Made by a program: the position numbers and the translations under genes. The notes beneath the pieces were generated by a model. That model ran no database searches and was not told the DNA's origin. It saw nothing but the letters and a program-made list of their open reading frames with translations. From an uncultured Chloroflexia bacterium (GTDB lineage Bacteria; Chloroflexota; Anaerolineae; Anaerolineales; Villigracilaceae), in the NCBI GenBank assembly GCA_963837875.1, contig CAWIOV010000003.1, positions 129,654 to 193,653 on the forward strand: a stretch of 64,000 bases of DNA, given 5' to 3'. How positions within the stretch are numbered: position 1 is the first letter of the stretch; each line of letters begins with the position of its first letter. Below, piece after piece: positions 35,449 through 44,756 of the stretch.

Positions 35449-36366
35449 ATGTTAACCACAACTGCATCTATCTGGACTTGGGCATGGTACTGGTGGGGAA
35501 CACTGGTTGCGATCAATGCGATCAACCTGATCATTTGCATTTTCCAGTTCACCCGTTCCATGAAAGACCATAATCCTGTTGATGCCAAATATCGTAGGAT
35601 GATGCGAACGCTCGGGTTGGTTTTCATTGCCGTGGCTTTCTATCGTTCAATTTTTGTGTCTAGTTACCTTGAGCAATTCGCCTGGTTCAATTCCTTGCTG
35701 AACAGTTCTCTTTTGATCCGCTTCTTCGCCATCTTCGCCGAGCTTTCCTTTGCCGGGCTCATAGCGAAAAGCCTTATGCGCATGAATGCTGATGTTCCTG
35801 AACTCACCACCACAAAGAATAAGGCGATCGTCTTCCTGCAAACCAGGACCCCCACCCTTCTCTTTTTCTGTATCCTTATCGCCAATATTTTTTCCACCAG
35901 CGCAACGATCACCAAGATCGATGTCCTCTTTGCCATGGAAGAGACACTCTGGGGGCTGGCGTTCCTTTCCATTATCCCCATGCTCATCATGAGTATTTCC
36001 AGATTGTTCTCTAACCGTAACACCGCTACATGGGTCGATCTGCGGCAGTTCAGGGTATTGACCATCCTCCTGGCCATATTTGCCATTGGGTACAGTTGCT
36101 ATTCACTCTTCTACCATTTACCCATTGAATATTGGCCGAGTGCCATTGCCCAGCTTCGAATGCAGACCCCTGAACCTGCATTCCAGTTCGGACTTCAAGC
36201 CATTCATGATGCGTTTTTCATTGTTCACGAAACAAGGGATCTGAGCGCTTGGGGCGGGATCGGTTTTCTCATCTGGGATACCGGTTACTTTAGTATTTGT
36301 GGCTGGATCGTCCTGTTCCTTATGACCGGTCCACGCCGGTTGCATATTGCCGGTAAAACCGAATAA
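35449..36366 (+). CDS. hypothetical polytopic membrane protein (about 8 TM)
   Basis: GAGGAG RBS, 305 aa, Trp/Phe-rich helices. No family recognised. Sample GC about 48%. Confidence 0.65.
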   Translation: MLTTTASIWTWAWYWWGTLVAINAINLIICIFQFTRSMKDHNPVDAKYRRMMRTLGLVFIAVAFYRSIFVSSYLEQFAWFNSLLNSSLLIRFFAIFAELSFAGLIAKSLMRMNADVPELTTTKNKAIVFLQTRTPTLLFFCILIANIFSTSATITKIDVLFAMEETLWGLAFLSIIPMLIMSISRLFSNRNTATWVDLRQFRVLTILLAIFAIGYSCYSLFYHLPIEYWPSAIAQLRMQTPEPAFQFGLQAIHDAFFIVHETRDLSAWGGIGFLIWDTGYFSICGWIVLFLMTGPRRLHIAGKTE

Positions 36367-36395
36367 AAAACGCCCCTTGATGGGCGTTCGTACCT
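36366..36395 (+). terminator. weak intrinsic terminator
   Basis: AACGCCC-cttgat-GGGCGTT followed by a T-poor tail. Confidence 0.45.
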
Positions 36396-36603
36396 TCTTG
36401 CGGCTGGGACCGTGCTTGGCCATACTTACGGTGAGCTTCATGGTCCCCTCTAACGCCTCCAGCGAATGGCTGTTTTAAGATATTCCAGATATTTTGCGTG
36501 CTTAATCATGCCTTTATTTTATAACGAAATCTCGGGGTTTATCTCAGAGATTTCGTGTGCCCCCAAGGGAGTACTATTTATTTTGCTTTGACGACATACG
36601 ATC

Positions 36604-37497
36604 TCAATCTATCACCCAACTGGCGACGTATTCGGTTTTCGCTCCAGATGCCAGATTGAGCGGTTCATCGACTGCCCAATGGCCTGCCAACCCCATTTCC
36701 CTGGCTGTCAATTCGAAATGGCACAGTGCGATTCCCATATCGAGCCGTTGTAGATCGCATAGGTCCAGCAGAATTTTCAAGGGGTCCCTGCGATACCCAG
36801 GCGTACGTTGTAAATAAAAATGCCAGCGCTGTCCATCTTTGACCACGCGCCAGGGTTGTTTATTGGATGCAGATGGTGCGATCCGCACCATGCTCAACGG
36901 CATGGCGTATGCACCGGCGGTTGCGCGATCGAGTGGTTTGCCAGACTGCATATCGGAAAACAGGGTATCCCATGGCAGGCGGCTGCCTGCATCCGCGCCG
37001 CCACTGATCAGCCCCTGGCGGGCCTGCTCCGGGTCGATAAATTCGCCAACCGCTGTTACCGCCGGGATGGTTTCGCCGCTTCCGAGATCGATCTTTTTGG
37101 CAAACCGGCTTCTCGTAAATGTGCCACCCAGCCAGCAGGTTCCCAGGCGCAGGTGGGTAGCATGCAGGATGATCGCCTCCATCAAATAACCATAATCTTC
37201 GAGATATTTTCCTCCCGGTTCGACAGCTCCGATGATGAAACCCGTGGCACCTCGGATGAACCCATACGTACCAAGTCCGTGCAAGACGGCGCGATCCGCT
37301 TTGGTGGCGGCAACCAGGCGAAAGCGCGGGCGCGCTCCGAATGGCCCGGCCGGGAGTGAATCCATAAAAGCTTGCAGATCCTGCTGTTTGGTTGCCTCGA
37401 TTGGCCTCGTATGAAACATACGACAGGAAAAGCGCTGGCGGATGGTATCAATGATGGGCGCGTTAAAAAGATGAGAATCATCCATTTTTTTGAGCAT
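36604..37497 (-). CDS. nitroreductase-family protein (TM1586-like)
   Basis: 297 aa: IRQRFSCRMF (RxSxRxF-type motif), LGTCWLGG, APSASNKQPWR. Confidence 0.8.
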   Translation of the reverse strand: MLKKMDDSHLFNAPIIDTIRQRFSCRMFHTRPIEATKQQDLQAFMDSLPAGPFGARPRFRLVAATKADRAVLHGLGTYGFIRGATGFIIGAVEPGGKYLEDYGYLMEAIILHATHLRLGTCWLGGTFTRSRFAKKIDLGSGETIPAVTAVGEFIDPEQARQGLISGGADAGSRLPWDTLFSDMQSGKPLDRATAGAYAMPLSMVRIAPSASNKQPWRVVKDGQRWHFYLQRTPGYRRDPLKILLDLCDLQRLDMGIALCHFELTAREMGLAGHWAVDEPLNLASGAKTEYVASWVID

Positions 37498-37680
37498 CCT
37501 GTTTCCTGGCGTGTATTTTCTTCCTGCCCCGCACTATCATCTACTCGGTCCAGCAAACGAACAACTCAGGCGGCAAATGATCCACCAACGGCCAGGGTTA
37601 AGAACAGCGCAACAGGAGAACTTCATTGGCTGCTTTGATCCCGGTCGCGCAGGCACTCATAATGCTCCAAATATGATGAT

Positions 37681-37756
37681 TGGTGCCCCCAAGCGGGCTC
37701 GAACCGCTGTTTGGGCCTTGAGAGGGCCCCGTCCTGGGCCACTAGACGATGGGGGC
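37681..37756 (-). tRNA. tRNA-Glu (anticodon CUC), CCA encoded
   Basis: Reverse complement GCCCCCATCGTCTAGTGGCCCAGGACGGGGCCCTCTCAAGGCCCAAACAGCGGTTCGAGCCCGCTTGGGGGCACCA folded by hand: 7-bp acceptor, anticodon stem GGGCC/GGCCC, loop CUCUCAA, T-loop TTCGAGC. Confidence 0.92.
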
Positions 37757-37772
37757 TTGATGAGCGGGCGTG

Positions 37773-37801
37773 ATTTTATCAGACGCCTGCTGAATCGTCA
37801 A
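37773..37801 (-). promoter_or_regulatory. promoter TTGACG-17-TAAAAT for tRNA-Glu
   Basis: Minus strand TTGACG (37801-37796), 17-nt spacer, TAAAAT (37778-37773), 16 nt before tRNA position 1. Confidence 0.7.
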
Positions 37802-37942
37802 TCAAAAAGGGTCTGTTTTGTAAACCTTGACATTCCCGCCTTCCTCGGTTATTGTATTATTACATAATCGCATTAGCTCAGCAGTCGCTGCTGTTGTACG
37901 TATTCCCAACACTTGTCTGACTTCTGAAGAAAAGGAATCCTT

Positions 37943-39220
37943 GTGAACTTTGAACAGTTCAACCTCGATCCACGCCTGTTGGCGGGGATCAACCGTCTCG
38001 GCTTTACCGAGGCAACCCCCATTCAGGTCGCGGCCGTCCCGGCTGCCCTGGCCGGGAATGACCTTATCGGCACCGCACAGACCGGTACGGGTAAAACCGC
38101 CGCGTTTGTCCTGCCGATATTAAATAAATTATTGACGGGGCCGCGCAACCGCACACGCGCCCTGATCGTCACCCCCACGCGCGAACTCGCCGAACAGATC
38201 CACGAAGCTGTTAAGGATCTTGGGACCGGAACCAAACTGCGCTGCGCCACCATCTATGGGGGCGTGGGCGCGGCTTCCCAAACAGCTGCCTTGCGGGATG
38301 GGGTCGAGATACTGGTTGCCTGTCCGGGTCGCCTGTTGGACCACATCCAGCAGGGGCATGCCCGGCTGGAGGGCGTGGAAATCCTCGTCCTGGACGAAGC
38401 CGACCGCATGCTCGATATGGGCTTCTTGCCGGATGTGAAACGCATCCTCCAGCATATCCCTGCCAAACGGCAGACCATGCTCTTTTCGGCCACTTTTCCC
38501 CAGGAAATCGAAAAACTGGCCGCCCAGACGCTCCATCATCCTAAACGGATTGCCATTGGCGTCAGCCGGCCAGCGCACACTGTCACACACGCCCTGTATC
38601 CGGTTCCCCAACATTTGAAGACCTCCCTGTTACTGGAACTGCTCAAACAAACCGATACCGAGTTGGTCTTGATCTTCACCCGCACCAAGCACCGCGCACA
38701 CCGCCTGGCGCAACAGATCGAACGGACCGGTTTCAAAGTCACCAGCCTGCACAGTGACCGCACGCAGGGCCAGCGGCAAGTCGCATTGAGCGGGTTCAGG
38801 AGTGGCCAATACCAGATCATGGTCGCCACCGATATCGCCGCGCGCGGATTGGATGTGGAAGGCATCTCGCACGTGATCAACTTCGATATGCCCGCCACCG
38901 CCGATGATTACATCCATCGCATTGGGCGTACCGGCCGCGCCGAACGTACGGGGGATGCCTTCACCCTGGTCACGCCGGATGATAAGGATGTGATCCGTGC
39001 GCTGGAAAAAATCATGGGGAAAGCGCTGCCCCGCCAGATCCTGGAGGGGTTCGACTATGATGTTCCGGCTCCGGAAATGCCCGTGTTGAAGGGAAGAGCC
39101 GCTCCGGCTGCGCGTGAACCGCGCCGCATCCAGACAGTCCGCGTTTCAACGCCGGCCCCGAAAGGGCGCCCAGCGAACCGCCGTTCCCAGCGCGGTCTGC
39201 GACAGAAATTCGCAAGTTAA
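37943..39220 (+). CDS. DEAD-box ATP-dependent RNA helicase
   Basis: 425 aa, GTG start: AQTGTGKT, PTRELA, DEAD, SAT, HRIGRTGR, Arg-rich tail. Confidence 0.95.
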   Translation: MNFEQFNLDPRLLAGINRLGFTEATPIQVAAVPAALAGNDLIGTAQTGTGKTAAFVLPILNKLLTGPRNRTRALIVTPTRELAEQIHEAVKDLGTGTKLRCATIYGGVGAASQTAALRDGVEILVACPGRLLDHIQQGHARLEGVEILVLDEADRMLDMGFLPDVKRILQHIPAKRQTMLFSATFPQEIEKLAAQTLHHPKRIAIGVSRPAHTVTHALYPVPQHLKTSLLLELLKQTDTELVLIFTRTKHRAHRLAQQIERTGFKVTSLHSDRTQGQRQVALSGFRSGQYQIMVATDIAARGLDVEGISHVINFDMPATADDYIHRIGRTGRAERTGDAFTLVTPDDKDVIRALEKIMGKALPRQILEGFDYDVPAPEMPVLKGRAAPAAREPRRIQTVRVSTPAPKGRPANRRSQRGLRQKFAS

Positions 39221-39224
39221 TCGG

Positions 39225-39734
39225 TTACGCCCAAGCCCAAATAACCCAAAGGCCGATCATGAGCACTCCTACCACCAGGCGGAAGACCAATGCCCAGCCC
39301 CAGCCTACCAACATCCCCTTTATCGAAGCCAGGGCCTTGTGCCAATCTTTGCGACGGATGCACTCGATCACGAACAAGGTTAACAAAGCTGACAGAATCC
39401 CGCCGATAATTGGAATAGGGATGATGAAACTGCCTATGATGGCAGCCAGCAAGGCCAGCAGGGAAACCCACCAAGGTGTCCCTTCCTTATTCGCAGATGC
39501 ACCCACCACCACATAGTTGAGCACGGTGGCTGCCAGCATAAGCACCGTGATGAGGACAAACATAACCCAGCCAAGCGGACCGAAGCCGACTGCCAACCCG
39601 TACCCCAACGCGGCTGCCCAGATGATGGTCAGTCCCGGCAGGAGCGGCAGAACCAGCAGACCCACCAGCATGACCATCAAGGTGATTCCCTTGATGATGA
39701 AATCAACAGTACTGAGAGAGGGCGCGAATGCCAA
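39225..39734 (-). CDS. DUF456 family membrane protein
   Basis: 169 aa, four TM helices, LPGLTIIWAAALGY motif. Confidence 0.75.
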   Translation of the reverse strand: MAFAPSLSTVDFIIKGITLMVMLVGLLVLPLLPGLTIIWAAALGYGLAVGFGPLGWVMFVLITVLMLAATVLNYVVVGASANKEGTPWWVSLLALLAAIIGSFIIPIPIIGGILSALLTLFVIECIRRKDWHKALASIKGMLVGWGWALVFRLVVGVLMIGLWVIWAWA

Positions 39735-39752
39735 AATTCTCTCCGGTTTGGA

Positions 39753-41024
39753 TCAAGGACGGATGACTTCCACACCACCCATCCATGGCCGCAGTACTTC
39801 CGGCACGATTATGGAACCGTCAGCCTGCTGGTACCTTTCCAGAACGGCGATAAGTGTGCGCGGCATGCCCAGGCCCGAACCGTTCAACGTATGGACGAAG
39901 CGCGTCTTGCTGCCGTCAGCGGGGCGGTATTTGATGTTGGCGCGGCGTGCCTGGAAATCGGTATCATTCGATACAGATGAAACCTCAAGCCATTCTTCCA
40001 GTCCCGGCGCCCAAACCTCGATATCATAGGTCATCGTTGCGCCAAAACCCACATCGCCGGTGCACAACTGCTTGACGCGGTAGGTCAAGCCAAGGCCTGT
40101 GCAGGTTGCCTCGGCGTCGGCACGCATTTTCTCGAGCATGGCATCTGATTCTTCCGGTTTGCTGAAGATGTACATTTCAACCTTGTCGAACTGGTGGCCT
40201 CGCTTGATGCCACGCACATCCCGCCCGGCGCTCATCTTCTCACGCCGGAAACAGGGAGTATAGGCCGTGTACCGGATGGGTAGGCTGGCCTCTTCGACGA
40301 TTTCATCCATGAGCAAACCGGTGATGGGCACTTCGGCAGTCGGCACCATCCACAGGTCTTCTTCTGCATCATGATAGAGGTTATCGGCAAACTTGGGCAG
40401 TTGTCCCGCGCCGAAAAGCGTGGCCGCTTTGACCATGAAGGGCGTGTACTGTTCCGTGTAACCCTGGTGGATATGCAGGTCGAGCATATAGGCAATCAGC
40501 GCTCGCTGGAGGCGCGCCCCGGCACCGCTGAGTACGTAGAAACGAGAACCGGTAATCTTGACACCGCGCTCGAAATCAATGATACCGAGAGCCGGCCCCA
40601 AGTCCCAGTGCGGTTTTGGCTGAAAGTCAAATTCCGGCAGTTCTCCCACCGTCCGAAGAACTACGTTCTCGCTGTCATCCTTGCCAAACGGGGTACGTTC
40701 ATCCGGAATATTGGGGATAGCCGCCGTCAAGGATTTGAGCTCCTGTTCTACCTCGGATACTTCCTTATCCAGATCAGCGATTTTATCGCCGACGGTGCGC
40801 ATTGCCTCGATCTTTGCCTGGCGGGAAGTCGCATCCTTTGATTGACCAATTTCCTTGGAGACCGCATTACGCTCGGCTTTGAGAGTCTCCACTGCGGTCA
40901 ACATGCCACGCCGGCGTTCATCCAGCATGAGGATGGCATCCACTGGCGCGGGATCCATCTGGCGGTCACGCAATGCCTTACGGACCAAGTCGGGCTGTTC
41001 ACGAATGAGATTGATGTCCAACAT
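39753..41024 (-). CDS. serS: serine--tRNA ligase
   Basis: 423 aa: [12 protein letters not shown], coiled-coil arm, class II motifs (FRRE..., [15 protein letters not shown]). Confidence 0.97.
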   Translation of the reverse strand: MLDINLIREQPDLVRKALRDRQMDPAPVDAILMLDERRRGMLTAVETLKAERNAVSKEIGQSKDATSRQAKIEAMRTVGDKIADLDKEVSEVEQELKSLTAAIPNIPDERTPFGKDDSENVVLRTVGELPEFDFQPKPHWDLGPALGIIDFERGVKITGSRFYVLSGAGARLQRALIAYMLDLHIHQGYTEQYTPFMVKAATLFGAGQLPKFADNLYHDAEEDLWMVPTAEVPITGLLMDEIVEEASLPIRYTAYTPCFRREKMSAGRDVRGIKRGHQFDKVEMYIFSKPEESDAMLEKMRADAEATCTGLGLTYRVKQLCTGDVGFGATMTYDIEVWAPGLEEWLEVSSVSNDTDFQARRANIKYRPADGSKTRFVHTLNGSGLGMPRTLIAVLERYQQADGSIIVPEVLRPWMGGVEVIRP

Positions 41025-41080
41025 AAAGCACCTCCCGGTAAGGTTCCAGCCAACAGAAATCAGCTTTCAGCCATTGGCTT

Positions 41081-41344
41081 TAAAAATAGGAATGCCCCCT
41101 CTCCAGTGCAGGACGAGGGGGCGACTCGTGGTGCCACCTGCTTTTATTCTCTTCAGCGCGCTAACGGGCGGACCCGGCTCTCTTACGGTGGCGTCTTGGT
41201 CTGGCGCCCCCCTGCGAGAGTGACTGTCCTACACCTTCTGAGGACACCGGAGTGGATTTCACCGCCTGGCTGCCTGCCTCGCACCGACCGGCAGGTCGCT
41301 GAACAGCATAACGGATACTCGTCTCCGGGCAAGTCGTTGGATAT
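41081..41344 (-). promoter_or_regulatory. T-box riboswitch leader of serS
   Basis: Minus strand, all positions in plus-strand coordinates. GGTGAAA distal-loop-like motif (41257-41263) and F-box CCGTTA (41162-41167). T-box AAAGCAGGTGGCACCACG (41127-41144). Terminator GCCCCCTC..GAGGGGGC (41094-41122) plus CATTCCTATTTTTA. The specifier codon is not resolved. Confidence 0.8.
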
Positions 41345-41350
41345 GGACTG

Positions 41351-41378
41351 ATTATATTCGCCATCCAATGGGTGTCAA
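41351..41378 (-). promoter_or_regulatory. promoter TTGACA-16-TATAAT driving the serS T-box leader
   Basis: Minus strand TTGACA (41378-41373), 16-nt spacer, TATAAT (41356-41351). Confidence 0.7.
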
Positions 41379-41434
41379 GGTAATCCGGCGGGTTGTCAAT
41401 TCCACGCATCTGCATTTTATAATGTTGACAAACT

Positions 41435-41443
41435 TGGTATAAT
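41435..41443 (+). promoter_or_regulatory. extended -10 (TGgTATAAT) 9 nt upstream of the miaB ATG
   Basis: TGGTATAAT at 41435-41443, then tctcccctc, then ATG 41453. No SD sequence. A second TATAAT lies at 41418-41423. Confidence 0.45.
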
Positions 41444-41452
41444 TCTCCCCTC

Positions 41453-42772
41453 ATGAAAAAATATTCTGTTTGGACCGAAGGCTGCCAGATGAACGTGGCC
41501 GATTCCCAGCGCGTCGGATCGGCCATGGAACGTATGGGCTATTTTTTTACCGGTAAGCTCGAAGATGCTGACGTTATTATCCTCAACACCTGCGTCGTGC
41601 GCCAGTCTGCCGAAGATAAGGCGTATGGCCGTCTCAGTTCCATCAAGCCCCTCAAGGCGAAGAACCCAGGACTGGTTGTCAATTTGATGGGCTGCCTGGT
41701 CGGGATTCGAGATAACGAGAATCTACGCGCCCGCTTCCCTTATGTGGACGTATTCTCTCCGCCTTCGGACCCGGGGCCGCTGCTTGCATTTTTGACCCAA
41801 ACCGAAGCGCGCGACATCGAAGCTACCGATATCGGAAACCGTTTCGCCGTAATGGATGATGAGATCATCCTGCCAGCGCACGAGCGCGGCAAGCTGGTCT
41901 CTGCACATGTGCCAGTGGTGCTGGGTTGTTCACATGCCTGTACGTTTTGCATCATTCCATCCCGGCGAGGCGCTGAACGTTCCCGTCCGGCTGCCAATGT
42001 GATCGCCGAAGTGCATGCATTAGTGGCGCAGGGTGTTAAGGAAGTCACTCTGCTCGGCCAGATCGTTGACCGGTACGGAAAGGATATCCCCGAAGGCCTA
42101 AACCTGGCTGCGTTACTGCGGGAAATGCACCGGGTAGAAGGCCTGGAACGCATCCGCTTCCTTACATCCCACCCGAATTATTTTGGTGAAGACATTATGG
42201 ATGCAGTAGCAGAACTTCCCAAAGTCATGCCCCATATTGAAATTCCAGTCCAGGCTGGGGATGATGAGGTGTTGAAGAATATGCGCCGCGGCTATACCCA
42301 GGCTGAATACCGGGAAATTGTTCAAAAAATACGGGAGCGCATTCCCGGCTGTTCCATCGCCACCGATATAATAGTAGGTTTTCCCGGGGAGAGCGAGACG
42401 CAATTTATGGAGACCTATCGCCTTCTTGCAGACCTGCGCTTAGATGTGGCGCACCTGGCGCGTTACTCCGTACGCCCAGGCACCGTAGCCGAACGCCGGT
42501 TTCCCGACGATGTGCCGGAAGGTGAGAAAATGCGTCGTTTTCGGATGCTGGAAGAGTTGCAGGAGAAAATCGTTGGCGAGATTAACAGCCGGTATCTCGG
42601 CGAAACGATGGAAGTATTGTTCGAGAATAATGTCAAGGGACGCTGGTGCGGCCGCACCCCCACCAATAAACTGGTTTTCGTGGAAGCAGGGCAGGACCTG
42701 CGCGGTAAGATCCTGCCCGTTACCATCACGTGGACTGGGCCATGGTCCATGCAAGCAAAAATCAGTACGTAG
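41453..42772 (+). CDS. miaB: tRNA i6A37 methylthiotransferase
   Basis: 439 aa: VWTEGCQMNVADS, radical-SAM CSHACTFC, C-terminal TRAM. Confidence 0.93.
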   Translation: MKKYSVWTEGCQMNVADSQRVGSAMERMGYFFTGKLEDADVIILNTCVVRQSAEDKAYGRLSSIKPLKAKNPGLVVNLMGCLVGIRDNENLRARFPYVDVFSPPSDPGPLLAFLTQTEARDIEATDIGNRFAVMDDEIILPAHERGKLVSAHVPVVLGCSHACTFCIIPSRRGAERSRPAANVIAEVHALVAQGVKEVTLLGQIVDRYGKDIPEGLNLAALLREMHRVEGLERIRFLTSHPNYFGEDIMDAVAELPKVMPHIEIPVQAGDDEVLKNMRRGYTQAEYREIVQKIRERIPGCSIATDIIVGFPGESETQFMETYRLLADLRLDVAHLARYSVRPGTVAERRFPDDVPEGEKMRRFRMLEELQEKIVGEINSRYLGETMEVLFENNVKGRWCGRTPTNKLVFVEAGQDLRGKILPVTITWTGPWSMQAKIST

Positions 42773-42917
42773 GAAGGCTGCTGTTCATACGGGTAAAAAC
42801 GTTGCCGATGGATGAACCGAAAATCGCCAGTATCGCAAAAACAATCAGTGCTATCAAAAGCAAAATAAAAGCGTACTCAACCAGCCCTTGGCCACGCTCC
42901 TGAACTATGCACAGCAT
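42762..42917 (-). CDS. flp: Flp-family type IVb pilin (51 aa)
   Basis: AAGGAGGTGA RBS 5 nt before ATG 42917. MLCIVQERGQGLVEYAFILLLIALIVFAILAIFG carries the G/xxxEY prepilin motif plus a hydrophobic helix. The longer track ORF (start 43019) is rejected. Confidence 0.75.
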   Translation of the reverse strand: MLCIVQERGQGLVEYAFILLLIALIVFAILAIFGSSIGNVFTRMNSSLPTY

Positions 42918-42958
42918 TGATCTCACCTCCTTTCTATAAAATGGAAAATGCGATTTCA

Positions 42959-44749
42959 TTATATCGCCGATTGAACAGTTAGAGTCTTTGCATAATTGCA
43001 AAACCCTTGCAGTGGACAACGCCCGCAGGCAGGCTTGCGCGCTGCGCAGATTTCACGTCCCAGCCGGATGATATTCAGATGGGCGGCATAATATGTCTCC
43101 GGCGGGAATAATTTTTCAAGGTGGGTGTGCGCATCTTCCACTGTCATTTTTTCCGGCCGCAAGCCGATGCGCCCGGTGACTCGATAGATGTGCGTATCCA
43201 CAGGAAAAGCCGGACGCCCCAACGAAAAGAGCAATACAATGGCGGCTGTTTTTGGACCGACCCCATTGAATTTCATCAGCCAGGCGCGGGCTTCTTCAAG
43301 CGGCAAGGCCCTGAGGAATTCCAAGTCGAGCGAACCGCGTTCGGAGGTTATCTCTCGCAGAACCTTTTGAATGCGCGGTCCCTTCTGGTTGGCCAACCCA
43401 GCCGGGCAGATAGCTGCGACAATGGAGGCTGGGTCCGCATCACGCACAGCCTGCCAGGTTGGGAATTGCCGACAGAGCGCCTCAAACGCCCGGTCACGAT
43501 TGGTATCGTTGGTATTCTGGGAAAGGATGGTCGAGACGAGCTCGTCCAGCGGCGGCAAAGGGTTTCGCCAAGTGGGCTGTCCGTAGAACTCCAACAAGCG
43601 GAGATGCACATCGCTGGCAAGCCGGGACATTTCCATCAGCAACCAGCCTCCGCAATAATTGTCATCTCTGCTTTGATCATTCTCTTTTAAGATAAATGCC
43701 GGATGGGATTCTCCCACCACCATTTTTCGATAATTCGTAACCGGCCGGACCGGACCGAACTCGGCCAGCGCTTCCAATTCCTTTTCAGAAACATAATCGA
43801 GTTGTTTCAGGATTTCCAATGCCATGGCCGGGCGGACACGGCTGCGGAAATGACCATCTACATCGCGCCCCGCAATATCGCCATCAGAAACTTTGAAAAC
43901 AATCCCTATGCCAGGCGAATCCGCACCCAATGCTCCGGCCAGAATCCCCAGGGCCATATAACCTTCCGCACCGGTTTTTGCCACGATTCGCTTGGAACAT
44001 ACTTCCATCATACGAGTATCGAAACGCCCGACCCCGCTGACCATGACCGGATTTGCCATCATTGCCGACGTGATTCGGCGGCAAGCTGCGGCGCGTTCCT
44101 GCGAGAGGCTACGTGGATCGCACAGGCGAGCGAAGCCTAATGCAGCATTGGAAAGCGGAACAGCGAAATTAGGGGCTGAACAACCATCCGTGCCAACTTC
44201 CACTCGCTCAGGTTCCATCCCACACATTTCTGCAACAGTTTCCAAAATCGTGTTTTGGACAGGGTGTTCGGGATTGATGTAGTCCGAAATCGGCAGGCCA
44301 CGCATGCGGGCATGTGCCAGCATGCCTGTGTGTTTGCCGGAACAGTTATGCCTGTTCGGGGTCAGCATCTCGCCACGGGCTCTCATCGCCTCGACAGTTG
44401 GAAGATGGGAGAGCAGGTGCGTACCGCATAACAGGTCACCTTCCTGCACACCGACTTTGGCTTGGATACCCTTGATTACTTCAACGTGCTCATCGGTGCC
44501 TTCGTGCGATGCACAGATTATAGCGATTTCTTTGGATGTCAGATGAAAGGCCTGGTCACCACCATGTTCGATAAAGGGCAATGCCTGAAGCGGTTTGGCG
44601 CTGGAACGCATGAAAGTGACTACTTTGGGATCACCGTACCAGGCCAGCAAGCAACCGCTCGAATCAACAACCGCTACTGCCCCATAATGAGTGGATTCAA
44701 CGATGTTTCCTCTGGTCAGTTCAAAAACGGGTTGATATAACCCTGTCAT
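42959..44749 (-). CDS. single-ORF fusion: Asparaginase_II-family domain plus endonuclease III-like HhH-GPD/[4Fe-4S] glycosylase domain
   Basis: N-terminal half: ESTHYGAVAVVD, MRSSAKPLQALP, NCSGKHTGML, GTDGCSAPNF. C-terminal half: LSQNTND, FNGVGPKTAAIVLLF, PVDTHIYRV, CAARKPACGRCPLQGFC (Cx6Cx2Cx5C). Start set at ATG 44749 (MTGLYQ), 7 nt after the upstream stop. Confidence 0.8.
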   Translation of the reverse strand: MTGLYQPVFELTRGNIVESTHYGAVAVVDSSGCLLAWYGDPKVVTFMRSSAKPLQALPFIEHGGDQAFHLTSKEIAIICASHEGTDEHVEVIKGIQAKVGVQEGDLLCGTHLLSHLPTVEAMRARGEMLTPNRHNCSGKHTGMLAHARMRGLPISDYINPEHPVQNTILETVAEMCGMEPERVEVGTDGCSAPNFAVPLSNAALGFARLCDPRSLSQERAAACRRITSAMMANPVMVSGVGRFDTRMMEVCSKRIVAKTGAEGYMALGILAGALGADSPGIGIVFKVSDGDIAGRDVDGHFRSRVRPAMALEILKQLDYVSEKELEALAEFGPVRPVTNYRKMVVGESHPAFILKENDQSRDDNYCGGWLLMEMSRLASDVHLRLLEFYGQPTWRNPLPPLDELVSTILSQNTNDTNRDRAFEALCRQFPTWQAVRDADPASIVAAICPAGLANQKGPRIQKVLREITSERGSLDLEFLRALPLEEARAWLMKFNGVGPKTAAIVLLFSLGRPAFPVDTHIYRVTGRIGLRPEKMTVEDAHTHLEKLFPPETYYAAHLNIIRLGREICAARKPACGRCPLQGFCNYAKTLTVQSAI

Positions 44750-44756
44750 GGAAAAA

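Noticed and set aside
41393-41423. Alternative upstream promoter for miaB (TTGTCA ... TATAAT at 41418-41423)
   Set aside because: The spacer would be 19 nt. It cannot be excluded, which is why the leaderless call for miaB carries only modest confidence.
42918-43019. 85-aa version of the Flp ORF
   Set aside because: The extra 34 residues have no RBS, whereas AAGGAGGTGA sits right before the internal ATG 42917. Flp prepilins have short leaders.
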